A DNA stretch of 64,000 bases, from contig JBMNIF010000002.1 of NCBI GenBank assembly GCA_050950765.1, positions 128,001-192,000 of the forward strand. Reading direction: 5' to 3'. Position 1 is the first letter of the stretch; each line of letters begins with the position of its first letter. Position numbers and translations under genes: made by a program. The notes under the pieces are model-generated. The model had not been told where the DNA came from. It searched no databases and saw nothing but the letters and a program-made list of their open reading frames with translations. Positions 1 through 8,130 of this stretch are shown piece by piece. This DNA comes from Bdellovibrionota bacterium (GTDB lineage Bacteria; Bdellovibrionota_C; UBA2361; JAAYZI01).

Positions 1-101
1 TTTTTAAAGCTTCGCTTTTAAAAAACTTCCCCACTACACAATAAATAAAAACCGATATCCCAACACTCTTAGGGTCGACAGACTTCGGAAGTCAGACGCT
101 A

Positions 102-2123
102 CTATTTCTTTTCTATAATATCAGCCAGCTCGAGTCGCGCCTTTTCCCAAACATCAGGATCAGTGGACCAACTGATATCTGTAACGACCCAAGTGGGGTC
201 TTGCGGATCTGAGACACCGTATTCCCAGAGTGTTTTCGGAACCACTCTTGAAACAATCTCTTGTACCTTTTTAGGGTTTTTAGCAGCAGCCAATGTTAAA
301 TAATCAACATCCTGCAAACCGCGCCGCCAATGTTTTAGGCGTAAGCTGGCGATAGGTCCCTCTATATTATAAGAGCTTGCTGGAAAGACTCGGTCTGTTC
401 CAGGATAAAAAAGCACCCCATCTCCGTTACCGTAATTCCAACCGGTCTCACCTATGACAGGATCCACCTTTGTTTTACCGCCGAAAGTGTGTGCCTCTTT
501 AAAAACATCACTCTCACCTGTTCCGCCTTGAAAGTTATTGTAATAAGTGGACTCCCAGTAAAACCATCTTTCGATACCGTGCTTATACTGAGCCCACGCC
601 AACTCTCTCAAAGCCACACCATCATCCTCAATCATAAAGGAACCACTTAGCGGACGACTCCCGTTATAGAACCACAACTTACCATTTTTTTTGTTCCGAT
701 AATATTTCTGAGTTTTTTCCCACTCTGCTGGAATACCGAGACCTCCAGTTGTGCAAGCGATATCCAGAGATGGCATCTTTTTAGCGGCTTCAATAGCAGG
801 TGCTGTGGCAAAGGTTAATAAATTACGTCCGATACCGGAGTGCTCTTTAAAGGAACGCGCCAACTCCTCTATTTTAGGATAATCAATTGATTCATCTATC
901 AGATAGAGAAAATATTCAGTTTGTGGAGAATTTTTAGCAAACCACTTTGCCCAATTATCTGCACGTTTCATACGATGAGATTTTTCTCCCCAATCCCATT
1001 TGCCATAAGTTCCGATTGAAAAGACACCATTTCCAACACCGATCCCAGGACCGTTATAACCGGCTTCATTTTTAAAGAGCGATCCGTTTAGGCGCGGAAT
1101 CCAAACGTCAATAGGGGCGTCCTCTTTATGCACCCCTTCATTATCATCAATCATAGAGATCTTATGACGATGCGCCATCTGAAAATGGCGATCGCGAATT
1201 TTCTCAAGTTTAGTGAGGTTAGCAGCACCTTCGTGCCAAGTCTTCCCTAAATACCTCTTAGCGATATCTGAATATCCGAGATACAACATAGTCTTAGCTG
1301 ACGGGGTATCTGGCAGGGTAAAGTTTCTAACACTTAACGCAACAGGGATCTCTTTTATTACACTATTATTTTGTAAAATCTTAAAACTACCGTTATAGGT
1401 ATCTGCTGGAGTATTTTTCGGGATGAAGATATCAACCCAGACGCTTTGACTATTTCCTTTTTTAATATTTAGTGTTCCAAAAACCTCTTGTGGCACTGCG
1501 ATATCGGGATAAGCCTTGTCGTGATCGGGTCTACTTTTCCAGTCCCCCGTCCCTTTTTTCCCTTCATGTGGTCTACGGAATCTTTCCGGCACATGTCTTT
1601 CATCATAATAGTTTTCATAAGCGATTAAACTTAAACCTTTTATCGGAAGGTAGCGCACTATAAATATCTCGATATTTCTTCCGTTATAATCGAAGATATC
1701 AGCAGCGCTCTGTGTTTTTTTAACACTATCAGAAAATTTAGATTTTGTTGCTAGTGGTGATGCATTCGAGATCCTAAGACCCGCTTTATTACTAAGCGTA
1801 TCAAATTGAAATGTTAAACCGTTTAGATCAGTAGTAGGTGCTTCGATTATTAAGTTAAATGAGATAACTTCATTTTTCCCACCGAAAAGACTCACCTTCT
1901 TCCCATCCCAGAGGAAGTTTAAGATCTTTTCTTCACCTTTTTGAGATAACGGCAGGTCTTGTTGCGGAACTTTTTTCTCTCCGTTATTAACCCAGACCTT
2001 CAGTGGTGTAGCTTCTTTTGCTAACGCCTCTTTTACGGATACCTGTTCCGGAACACCATTTTCCATAATATAGCAGATCCCTATAAGAGCACCTACTATA
2101 AAGAGCGTTAAAGATTTCTTCAT
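102..2123 (-). CDS. Secreted or membrane-anchored DUF4091 / GH123-like glycoside hydrolase-family protein
   Basis: 673-aa ORF with N-terminal hydrophobic segment; C-terminal GDGVLFYPG...SLRLKHWRRGLQDVDYL motif typical of DUF4091 proteins. Confidence 0.6.
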   Translation of the reverse strand: MKKSLTLFIVGALIGICYIMENGVPEQVSVKEALAKEATPLKVWVNNGEKKVPQQDLPLSQKGEEKILNFLWDGKKVSLFGGKNEVISFNLIIEAPTTDLNGLTFQFDTLSNKAGLRISNASPLATKSKFSDSVKKTQSAADIFDYNGRNIEIFIVRYLPIKGLSLIAYENYYDERHVPERFRRPHEGKKGTGDWKSRPDHDKAYPDIAVPQEVFGTLNIKKGNSQSVWVDIFIPKNTPADTYNGSFKILQNNSVIKEIPVALSVRNFTLPDTPSAKTMLYLGYSDIAKRYLGKTWHEGAANLTKLEKIRDRHFQMAHRHKISMIDDNEGVHKEDAPIDVWIPRLNGSLFKNEAGYNGPGIGVGNGVFSIGTYGKWDWGEKSHRMKRADNWAKWFAKNSPQTEYFLYLIDESIDYPKIEELARSFKEHSGIGRNLLTFATAPAIEAAKKMPSLDIACTTGGLGIPAEWEKTQKYYRNKKNGKLWFYNGSRPLSGSFMIEDDGVALRELAWAQYKHGIERWFYWESTYYNNFQGGTGESDVFKEAHTFGGKTKVDPVIGETGWNYGNGDGVLFYPGTDRVFPASSYNIEGPIASLRLKHWRRGLQDVDYLTLAAAKNPKKVQEIVSRVVPKTLWEYGVSDPQDPTWVVTDISWSTDPDVWEKARLELADIIEKK

Positions 2124-2537
2124 ACTACTCCCCTTTTTTTAGTCTTATCATGCTGCACGGAAAATATTTCGCTCGGTCGCACCTCACGCAGCACCTGCAA
2201 CCGAAGCAAAACCTATCACTTCACTTAACCTCTAAGTGTAGGTACTTTTTTCTTTTTAGAACACCCACTTTTAGCTAAATTTTTAGTTTCCGCTAACATT
2301 TTGATGTTATTAAACTATTACAAGGTTAAATTCCACCCGCCTCATTACAAAGCGCTCGATAAAGATGGGCGGGGCCTTATTTACTATACTTTCTCTCACC
2401 ATTCTTATTTTTACGGGCGCATTTTCACAACACCTTTTTCAAGCTTGAAACTTTTAAAGAGATAGGGCGCACAACCTTTTTTTGCACTTTTTCTCTAAAT
2501 AGCTGCTGAAGTGAAATACTTATGCACAAACATAATA

Positions 2538-3875
2538 TTATAAATATCCTAAGCTTTTTAATTCTCTTATCTGTTTTTTATTAAACTCAATCTGTGGCTT
2601 ATCGTTATCAGTTTGTAATTCTACTTTATTGGAAAAATCCATCATCTCTTTTTTCAGAAGTTCTATCCTAGTTTGGTAACTTCCCTCATTTATAAGATCA
2701 TTTTCTTCTAAAGGATCTAAACTAAGATCATAAAACTCATAAGTATTAGTCTTTCTATCTAAAATCAATTTATCTAATTTTTTAATTATGGCAATTTTAT
2801 CTACATTTCTAATTTTTTGCGCAGATTTAAACGAGACCTCTGCAAAAACAGAACGTGAGGCAGGGATCTCTTTTGTTTTTATTAAATCGATCCCCAAAAG
2901 TGGGGAGCTTTCGTTGAAGAGACCTAAAATAGTGGGAAGGATATCTATCTGAGAAACATTACCGCGAATAACTTTATGACTTAAATTTTTTGCCCTGATT
3001 AATAATGGAACATGCATTAGTTCGTTATAAAGAGAACGGGTGTGTCCTATCCAACCTCTATCTAAAAGCTCCTCTCCGTGGTCTGCCGTAAAAATAATAA
3101 TGGTATTATCCAGCAATTTTGAGTCTTCAAGATATCTGTATAGACGCAACAAAGCACGTTCTGTAAAAGTTATTTCTTCGTGATAGAGGGCGTTTAATTG
3201 AATTTTATCAGTTTGAGTAAAGGTAGAAGATTTTCTAACAGCAACTATATCTACATCGCCTGAAAAAACGCCTTTATAGTTTGGGTCTGTATAGTAGATA
3301 TCAGAATGATCCTTGTAATTTATATGTGGATCAAAATAATGAGCGAACATAAAAAAAGGCTTTTTTGGATCTCTTGCTTTTAAAAATGAAATGACCTCAT
3401 CTGTAACAAGGTCACCAACTATAGTATTGTGCTGATCTTTTTTATTGACGTTTTTACAAATTTGAAAATCTTTCGTTATTCCACTGGATCTATTAATAAT
3501 CGAACTCGAGATTACAGACATACTTTGGTATCCCTTTGTCTGTAAATAGTTAGGAATCGTCTTGATATTATCTGCTAGGACACTACTCATCTTTGTTACA
3601 CCATGATCCCTTGGATATAACCCCGTTAAAATGGTTGCTACGCTAGGTTTTGTCCATGAAGAAGCAGCATAACTATCACGAAAAATCCAACTATTTGGTG
3701 AGATTGTCTTTAAAAATTCGCTTTCGATTGTAATTTCTGAGTTATACAAAGGCAGATGCTTTGCAGCTAAAGTATCTACAACTATCAAAAGAATATTAGG
3801 ATCTTGTTGAGCCTTTTTTGTGCAAGAAGTAAACGCAAATAACAAAACTACTGCCGCAACAAAGAATTTACGCAT
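2538..3875 (-). CDS. Sulfatase-like hydrolase (alkaline phosphatase superfamily), probable lipoprotein
   Basis: PNILLIVVDTL, SWTKPSVATILTGLYPRDHG, HYFDPH, ADHGE, GH motifs and LKSLGY C-terminus; lipobox-like FTSC; lacks the canonical CxPxR. Confidence 0.85.
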   Translation of the reverse strand: MRKFFVAAVVLLFAFTSCTKKAQQDPNILLIVVDTLAAKHLPLYNSEITIESEFLKTISPNSWIFRDSYAASSWTKPSVATILTGLYPRDHGVTKMSSVLADNIKTIPNYLQTKGYQSMSVISSSIINRSSGITKDFQICKNVNKKDQHNTIVGDLVTDEVISFLKARDPKKPFFMFAHYFDPHINYKDHSDIYYTDPNYKGVFSGDVDIVAVRKSSTFTQTDKIQLNALYHEEITFTERALLRLYRYLEDSKLLDNTIIIFTADHGEELLDRGWIGHTRSLYNELMHVPLLIRAKNLSHKVIRGNVSQIDILPTILGLFNESSPLLGIDLIKTKEIPASRSVFAEVSFKSAQKIRNVDKIAIIKKLDKLILDRKTNTYEFYDLSLDPLEENDLINEGSYQTRIELLKKEMMDFSNKVELQTDNDKPQIEFNKKQIRELKSLGYL

Positions 3876-3908
3876 AAATATACCCTTTATGATAAATCTA
3901 AAAGGTAA

Positions 3909-3936
3909 ATAATATGCCGAGATTATATTCTGTCAA
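3909..3936 (-). promoter_or_regulatory. Putative sigma70 promoter of the sulfatase-like gene
   Basis: Minus strand TTGACA (3936-3931), 16 nt, TATTAT (3914-3909), about 33 nt upstream of the ATG at 3875. Confidence 0.5.
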
Positions 3937-3940
3937 ATTC

Positions 3941-3973
3941 ATTTCAATCCACGCGCTTCGTAAGAAGCGCGAC
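3941..3973 (-). CRISPR. Solitary type I-C-like CRISPR repeat
   Basis: Minus strand GTCGCGCTTCTTACGAAGCGCGTGGATTGAAAT (33 nt): GTCGC start, GCGCTTC/GAAGCGC hairpin, GTGGATTGAAAT end; no second intact copy and no type I cas genes in the window. Confidence 0.8.
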
Positions 3974-4463
3974 AGTAAAATCATTAGATAAAAAGCATTT
4001 TACTTTTTTTATCCTTAATGATTTTTATTACATCTTCTAGACTATAATATTTCAGGCTTCCCAGTTCAATATCCATTATTCCTTCAATCTGATGCCTCAA
4101 AGTGGCGAACTCTGCTGTAATAATCACGCACTAAAAATATAGATTAAGTTAATCTATAATTACATTCCCCCTTTTTCATTTTTAATAAGGAGCATATCTA
4201 CAATAGTAGAAATTTAAATAAGACCTTAAACTCGCACCTCGCGTGAGGTGCGTGGATTATCTACAATAGTAGAAATTTAAATAAGGTCTTAAACTAACAT
4301 AGCGCTATCTAGCCCACTGATATCTACAATAGTAGAAATTTAAATAAGGTCTTAAACAGATATAAATATCTGGAACTGTGCTGGTTCAGCGTGAAATGGA
4401 CATTTGAGGTGCTGAAAAAAGCTACTATAATAGCCTGAGTGATATTAACTAATGGGGTGAATA

Positions 4464-4769
4464 ATGGGAAAACATTTTAGTGCAGAAGATAAGGTTAAGA
4501 TACTGAAGGAGCATTTATTAGGAAATAAGCCGTTATCGAGTTTATGCGATAAATACGGCGTACACATTAGTACATTTTATGAATGGCAGAAGCTATTATT
4601 TGAGGGAGCTATCCAAATTTTTGAGCGGAATAAAAATGGTAGGAAAGAAGAAAAGAAGCAAGCTGAACGGATAGATATTTTGGAGAAGAAGCTAACGAAG
4701 AAGGATTCTGCGCTAGCGGAGCTTTTGGGGCTTCATATAGATTTAAAAAAAAAGCTTGGGGAGCTTTAA
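4464..4769 (+). CDS. IS3-family transposase OrfA (HTH)
   Basis: 101 aa, FSAEDKVKIL...LSSLCDKYGVHISTFYEW HTH followed by a coiled coil; ends in an A9G slippery run. Confidence 0.92.
   Translation: MGKHFSAEDKVKILKEHLLGNKPLSSLCDKYGVHISTFYEWQKLLFEGAIQIFERNKNGRKEEKKQAERIDILEKKLTKKDSALAELLGLHIDLKKKLGEL
4745..4768 (+). other. Programmed -1 ribosomal frameshift signal joining OrfA and OrfB
   Basis: AAAAAAAAAG at 4745-4754 overlapping an AAAGCT/AGCTTT inverted repeat; the -1 frame is open from here (KKKAWGALTKRWVEPQIRDEV) into OrfB. Confidence 0.8.
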
Positions 4770-4804
4770 CGAAGCGTTGGGTTGAGCCACAAATACGAGA
4801 TGAG

Positions 4805-5767
4805 GTGATAGATTTTGTACATGAATGGCAAGAGAAATCAGAAATGAAGCGGGAGATGTTTATAAAGAGGTTAGGGATAACACGGAGCAAGTACTATGCT
4901 TGGGAAAAACATTACGGTAAAGAGAACTTTCATAACGGGCTAATTCCGAGAGATTACTGGCTATTACCCAGTGAAAGGGAGGCTATTATTAAGTATTATT
5001 TAGAGCACTCAAGAGTAGGTTATCGAGCATTAACATACATGATGCTTGACGCAGATGTTGTGGCAGTATCCCCTGCGACGACCTATAGAGTATTGAAAAG
5101 TGCTGGCTTAATGCGTTGCTGGAATGGTTTAAAAAGCAAGAAAGGGACAGGATTTGAACAACCACTTAACCCGCATGAACATTGGCATACGGATGTTTCA
5201 TATATCAATATTTGTGGCACATTTTACTATTTTATTGGAGTTTTGGATGGATGTAGTCGGTATTTAGTTGCATGGGACATTAGAGAATCGATGAAAGAAA
5301 TAGATATTGAAGTAGTATTACAAAAGGCTAGAGAAAGTTTTCCAGACGCAAGACCGCGAATTATTTCAGATAACGGTTCAGCCTATATTTCAAAAGAGTT
5401 TAAGAATTTTATAAAGATATCTGGTATGACTCACGTCAAGACATCACCGTTCTATCCACAATCGAACGGTAAGATGGAGAGATTTAATGGGACATTAAAA
5501 GTAGAAGCGATACGACCTAACACTCCAGTATCACTTGATGATGCGAAAACTATAGTGAGTAAGTTTGTCGAAGAATATAACAATCAGCGGTTACATTGTG
5601 CGCTAGGTTATATAACACCAAATGATAGATTGAATAACAAGCAAGAGGAGATATTTAGAGCTCGAGACAGCAAATTGGAAGCTGCTAGAGCACATCGCAA
5701 GTTAGTAAGAGAGGGGTACCCCTCTCTTACTAACTACAACATTGAACAACAAGCTCAGGTGTGTTAA
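4805..5767 (+). CDS. IS3-family transposase OrfB (DDE/rve integrase core)
   Basis: WHTDVSYI, ISDNGSAY, SNGKMERFNGTLK and YNNQRLHCALGYITP motifs. Confidence 0.95.
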   Translation: MIDFVHEWQEKSEMKREMFIKRLGITRSKYYAWEKHYGKENFHNGLIPRDYWLLPSEREAIIKYYLEHSRVGYRALTYMMLDADVVAVSPATTYRVLKSAGLMRCWNGLKSKKGTGFEQPLNPHEHWHTDVSYINICGTFYYFIGVLDGCSRYLVAWDIRESMKEIDIEVVLQKARESFPDARPRIISDNGSAYISKEFKNFIKISGMTHVKTSPFYPQSNGKMERFNGTLKVEAIRPNTPVSLDDAKTIVSKFVEEYNNQRLHCALGYITPNDRLNNKQEEIFRARDSKLEAARAHRKLVREGYPSLTNYNIEQQAQVC

Positions 5768-6209
5768 CTAGGGTTTTGTGGCATGACAAAAGTCCATTTC
5801 CATCAGAGGCAGAACAGAACCACGATATATCTACAATAGTAGAAATTTAAATAAGGTCTTAAACATTCCGAAAAGTACTCCCACAACCTTATCTACAATA
5901 GTAGAAATTTAAATAAGGTCTTAAACACCTATGAGGACGGATCTTATAGTTTTATCTACAATAGTAGAAATTTAAATAAGGTCTTAAACGTTAGTTATTA
6001 TTCGAGGCAAAGGTAAAATCTACAATAGTAGAAATTTAAATAAGGTCTTAAACTAGTTATTCTAATAATAATTTAATCTTATCTACAATAGTAGAAATTT
6101 AAATAAGGTCTTAAACGATAAATCGCAGAGTTAAAACAGCCCGATCTACAATAGTAGAAATTTAAATAAGGTGATCTACAATAGTAGAAATTTAAATAAG
6201 GTCTTAAAC

Positions 6210-6334
6210 CCTTACGGTTAATAACCTTATCTTTTTTGTATGATTTTTACCAGAAAAACCACTTTTTTTGCCAAATTTAGTCAATTTAAGACCTTATTTT
6301 TCACATTTCCAAAATTAAGACTGAGGTTTGCATC
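6210..6334 (-). promoter_or_regulatory. CRISPR leader
   Basis: AT-rich non-coding segment between the cas2 stop and the first repeat; the degenerate repeat is at the opposite end of the array. Confidence 0.8.
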
Positions 6335-6610
6335 TCAATCTACGACCAGTATGTCAGCATTTTCATTTTCTGCATAGCCCCAACGTGTGATTTTACAATT
6401 TTGACTAGTTTCTATTATTATTACACTATCTGTTTGGCTAAATCGTTTTTCAAAATTATTCGTTATTTCATTCATTATATTATCAAGCAAACGTTTGCTA
6501 TTCTTTATTTTAAATACTGAATATTGCAGTCGATAACCAAATTTTTTTAGATACTTTGAAAAATGAGTTCGCAATTTATTATCTTGTATGTCATAACTAA
6601 TTATTATCAT
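6335..6610 (-). CDS. cas2: CRISPR-associated endonuclease Cas2
   Basis: IISYDI...RLQYSVF motifs; 91 aa; last gene before the array. Confidence 0.97.
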   Translation of the reverse strand: MIIISYDIQDNKLRTHFSKYLKKFGYRLQYSVFKIKNSKRLLDNIMNEITNNFEKRFSQTDSVIIIETSQNCKITRWGYAENENADILVVD

Positions 6611-7574
6611 AAGAAATCACCGCTTTTGGAAATGTATCTATATCCTTCCCCTTCATAAACCATCTGTAATATTGCTGAATATAATCAAATATAATTGTCC
6701 TGTTTTTTACTATTTCTTCTAAGATTAAAATTATAAATTTTCTACTATCCTCCCAGCTTAAATTATATTGATAGTTATTAATAATAAACTTATAATTTTT
6801 TGCCTGCCCAAGATTTATAATTTTTCTTATTTTATAATCAATAATCGGTCTAAATGGCTCTATTATATCACACACTAAAGACTTTCTCTTATAAAACTCT
6901 TTGTGCAGGTTCCCTTTATAAACATCAAATCCGTAGATATTTAATATTGCTTCCAAATAATTAAACAAAACAGTATAGCCGATATCTAATAATAAATTTA
7001 TCTTATCCCTTTTTATCCTCGGCTGTCTGCCATGCCACTCAAAGTCTTTAAATAAACGATTAAAATATACCTTAGCCCCAACTCCCTCATATCCCATTAT
7101 CTCATAAGAAGTAATTTTAGCATTATTTTTGATTTCTTTAATCAGTTCTTCTAAATTTTTTATTCCATCAAAAACACTCTTATCTCTTAATTTTTTTAAT
7201 ATAAATACCTGATTTTCAATCTTATTTATTATAATTTGTTTTGCAATTTCAGTTTCATTTATATTTGTATATTGCTTCTTTCTTAATAGAGTATTGCCTT
7301 CAAGCGAAAAATTAATTGTTGAATACACTTTAAAACTTGCTGAAAATAAAACAATTGAAAAACCAAATTTTTTACTTCGTAGTATTATTCCTGAAGTAAG
7401 AGTTATTCCCCCCACAACAAACACAGCAAATAGCCTATAACAACTAAGTTGTACTTTTATCTTTTTATCTGAATCCGTTATTACTATATTATCATTCTTA
7501 AATGATATTTTATCACCATCTTGAGGAAAAACTAAAATAACCTTCTTTTCTATAAAATCAGGCTTTGTTAACAC
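6597..7574 (-). CDS. cas1: CRISPR-associated integrase Cas1 (type V-A)
   Basis: MGYEGVGAKVYF, INLLLDIGYTVL and SLVCDIIEPFRP motifs; overlaps cas4 and cas2. Confidence 0.97.
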   Translation of the reverse strand: MLTKPDFIEKKVILVFPQDGDKISFKNDNIVITDSDKKIKVQLSCYRLFAVFVVGGITLTSGIILRSKKFGFSIVLFSASFKVYSTINFSLEGNTLLRKKQYTNINETEIAKQIIINKIENQVFILKKLRDKSVFDGIKNLEELIKEIKNNAKITSYEIMGYEGVGAKVYFNRLFKDFEWHGRQPRIKRDKINLLLDIGYTVLFNYLEAILNIYGFDVYKGNLHKEFYKRKSLVCDIIEPFRPIIDYKIRKIINLGQAKNYKFIINNYQYNLSWEDSRKFIILILEEIVKNRTIIFDYIQQYYRWFMKGKDIDTFPKAVISYDNN

Positions 7575-8128
7575 ATCAAACTCCTGTCACAAGCAGGTTC
7601 ATATATACATTTTTTACATTTTTCCACATTTGTTTGCTGAAAATTTTCCATATTAAATTCATGTATTTCTTTAATGAGCGCCTTAAAACGATTATCCATA
7701 ATAAGATCATCTCTAGGTAATAAAATGTCGTAATTTTTATTATCTTTCAAACTATGGAATCTGATTTTTTTAACATCATAGCCCATTTCTGAAAGTGCAT
7801 AATATTGTGCATAAACTTGAAAAATATATCCGTCATATATGGTAGTAATTTTATTTTTCCTCTCCGTTAAAATGCCTTTGTCTATATCAAAAACATCTAT
7901 TTTCCCCCGTATCCCAAAAGTTTGAGAATAAACATCAATCCCTTGCAATATATTTTTTTTATCTGAATAAGAGCTCTTATCAATTGTTTTATGTGCATTC
8001 ATGCCGTCAATTTGGCAAGTTGATTGATAAAGATTTTTATCTAATGCCCCGTATAATTTATGAAAATAGATTGATACAGGACAAAAGATAAAATCATTTA
8101 AATAAGAGATAAGGATAATTTCTTCCAT
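7568..8128 (-). CDS. cas4: CRISPR-associated Cas4 (type V-A)
   Basis: ISYLNDFIFCPVSIYFH, GKIDVFD, ERK, QVYAQ and the C-terminal CxxCxxxxxC Fe-S motif. Confidence 0.96.
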   Translation of the reverse strand: MEEIILISYLNDFIFCPVSIYFHKLYGALDKNLYQSTCQIDGMNAHKTIDKSSYSDKKNILQGIDVYSQTFGIRGKIDVFDIDKGILTERKNKITTIYDGYIFQVYAQYYALSEMGYDVKKIRFHSLKDNKNYDILLPRDDLIMDNRFKALIKEIHEFNMENFQQTNVEKCKKCIYEPACDRSLMC

Positions 8129-8130
8129 TT

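Larger units (their letters stand above)
4377..5816 (+). mobile_element. IS3-family insertion sequence (1440 bp) inside CRISPR spacer 3
   Basis: TG...CA ends; imperfect 30-bp terminal inverted repeats (22/30, core GAAATGGAC); 4-bp target duplication GAAC at 4373-4376 and 5817-5820; orfA/orfB organisation. Confidence 0.95.
4196..6209 (-). CRISPR. Type V-A CRISPR array, 10 repeats and 8 spacers, interrupted by an IS
   Basis: 36-nt repeat GTTTAAGACCTTATTTAAATTTCTACTATTGTAGAT (minus strand). + strand starts at 4196 (2 mismatches, trailer), 4259, 4322, 5829, 5891, 5954, 6018, 6081, 6144 (truncated to 29 nt) and 6174; spacers 26-28 nt; 3' AATTTCTACT...GTAGAT is the Cas12a handle. Confidence 0.98.
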
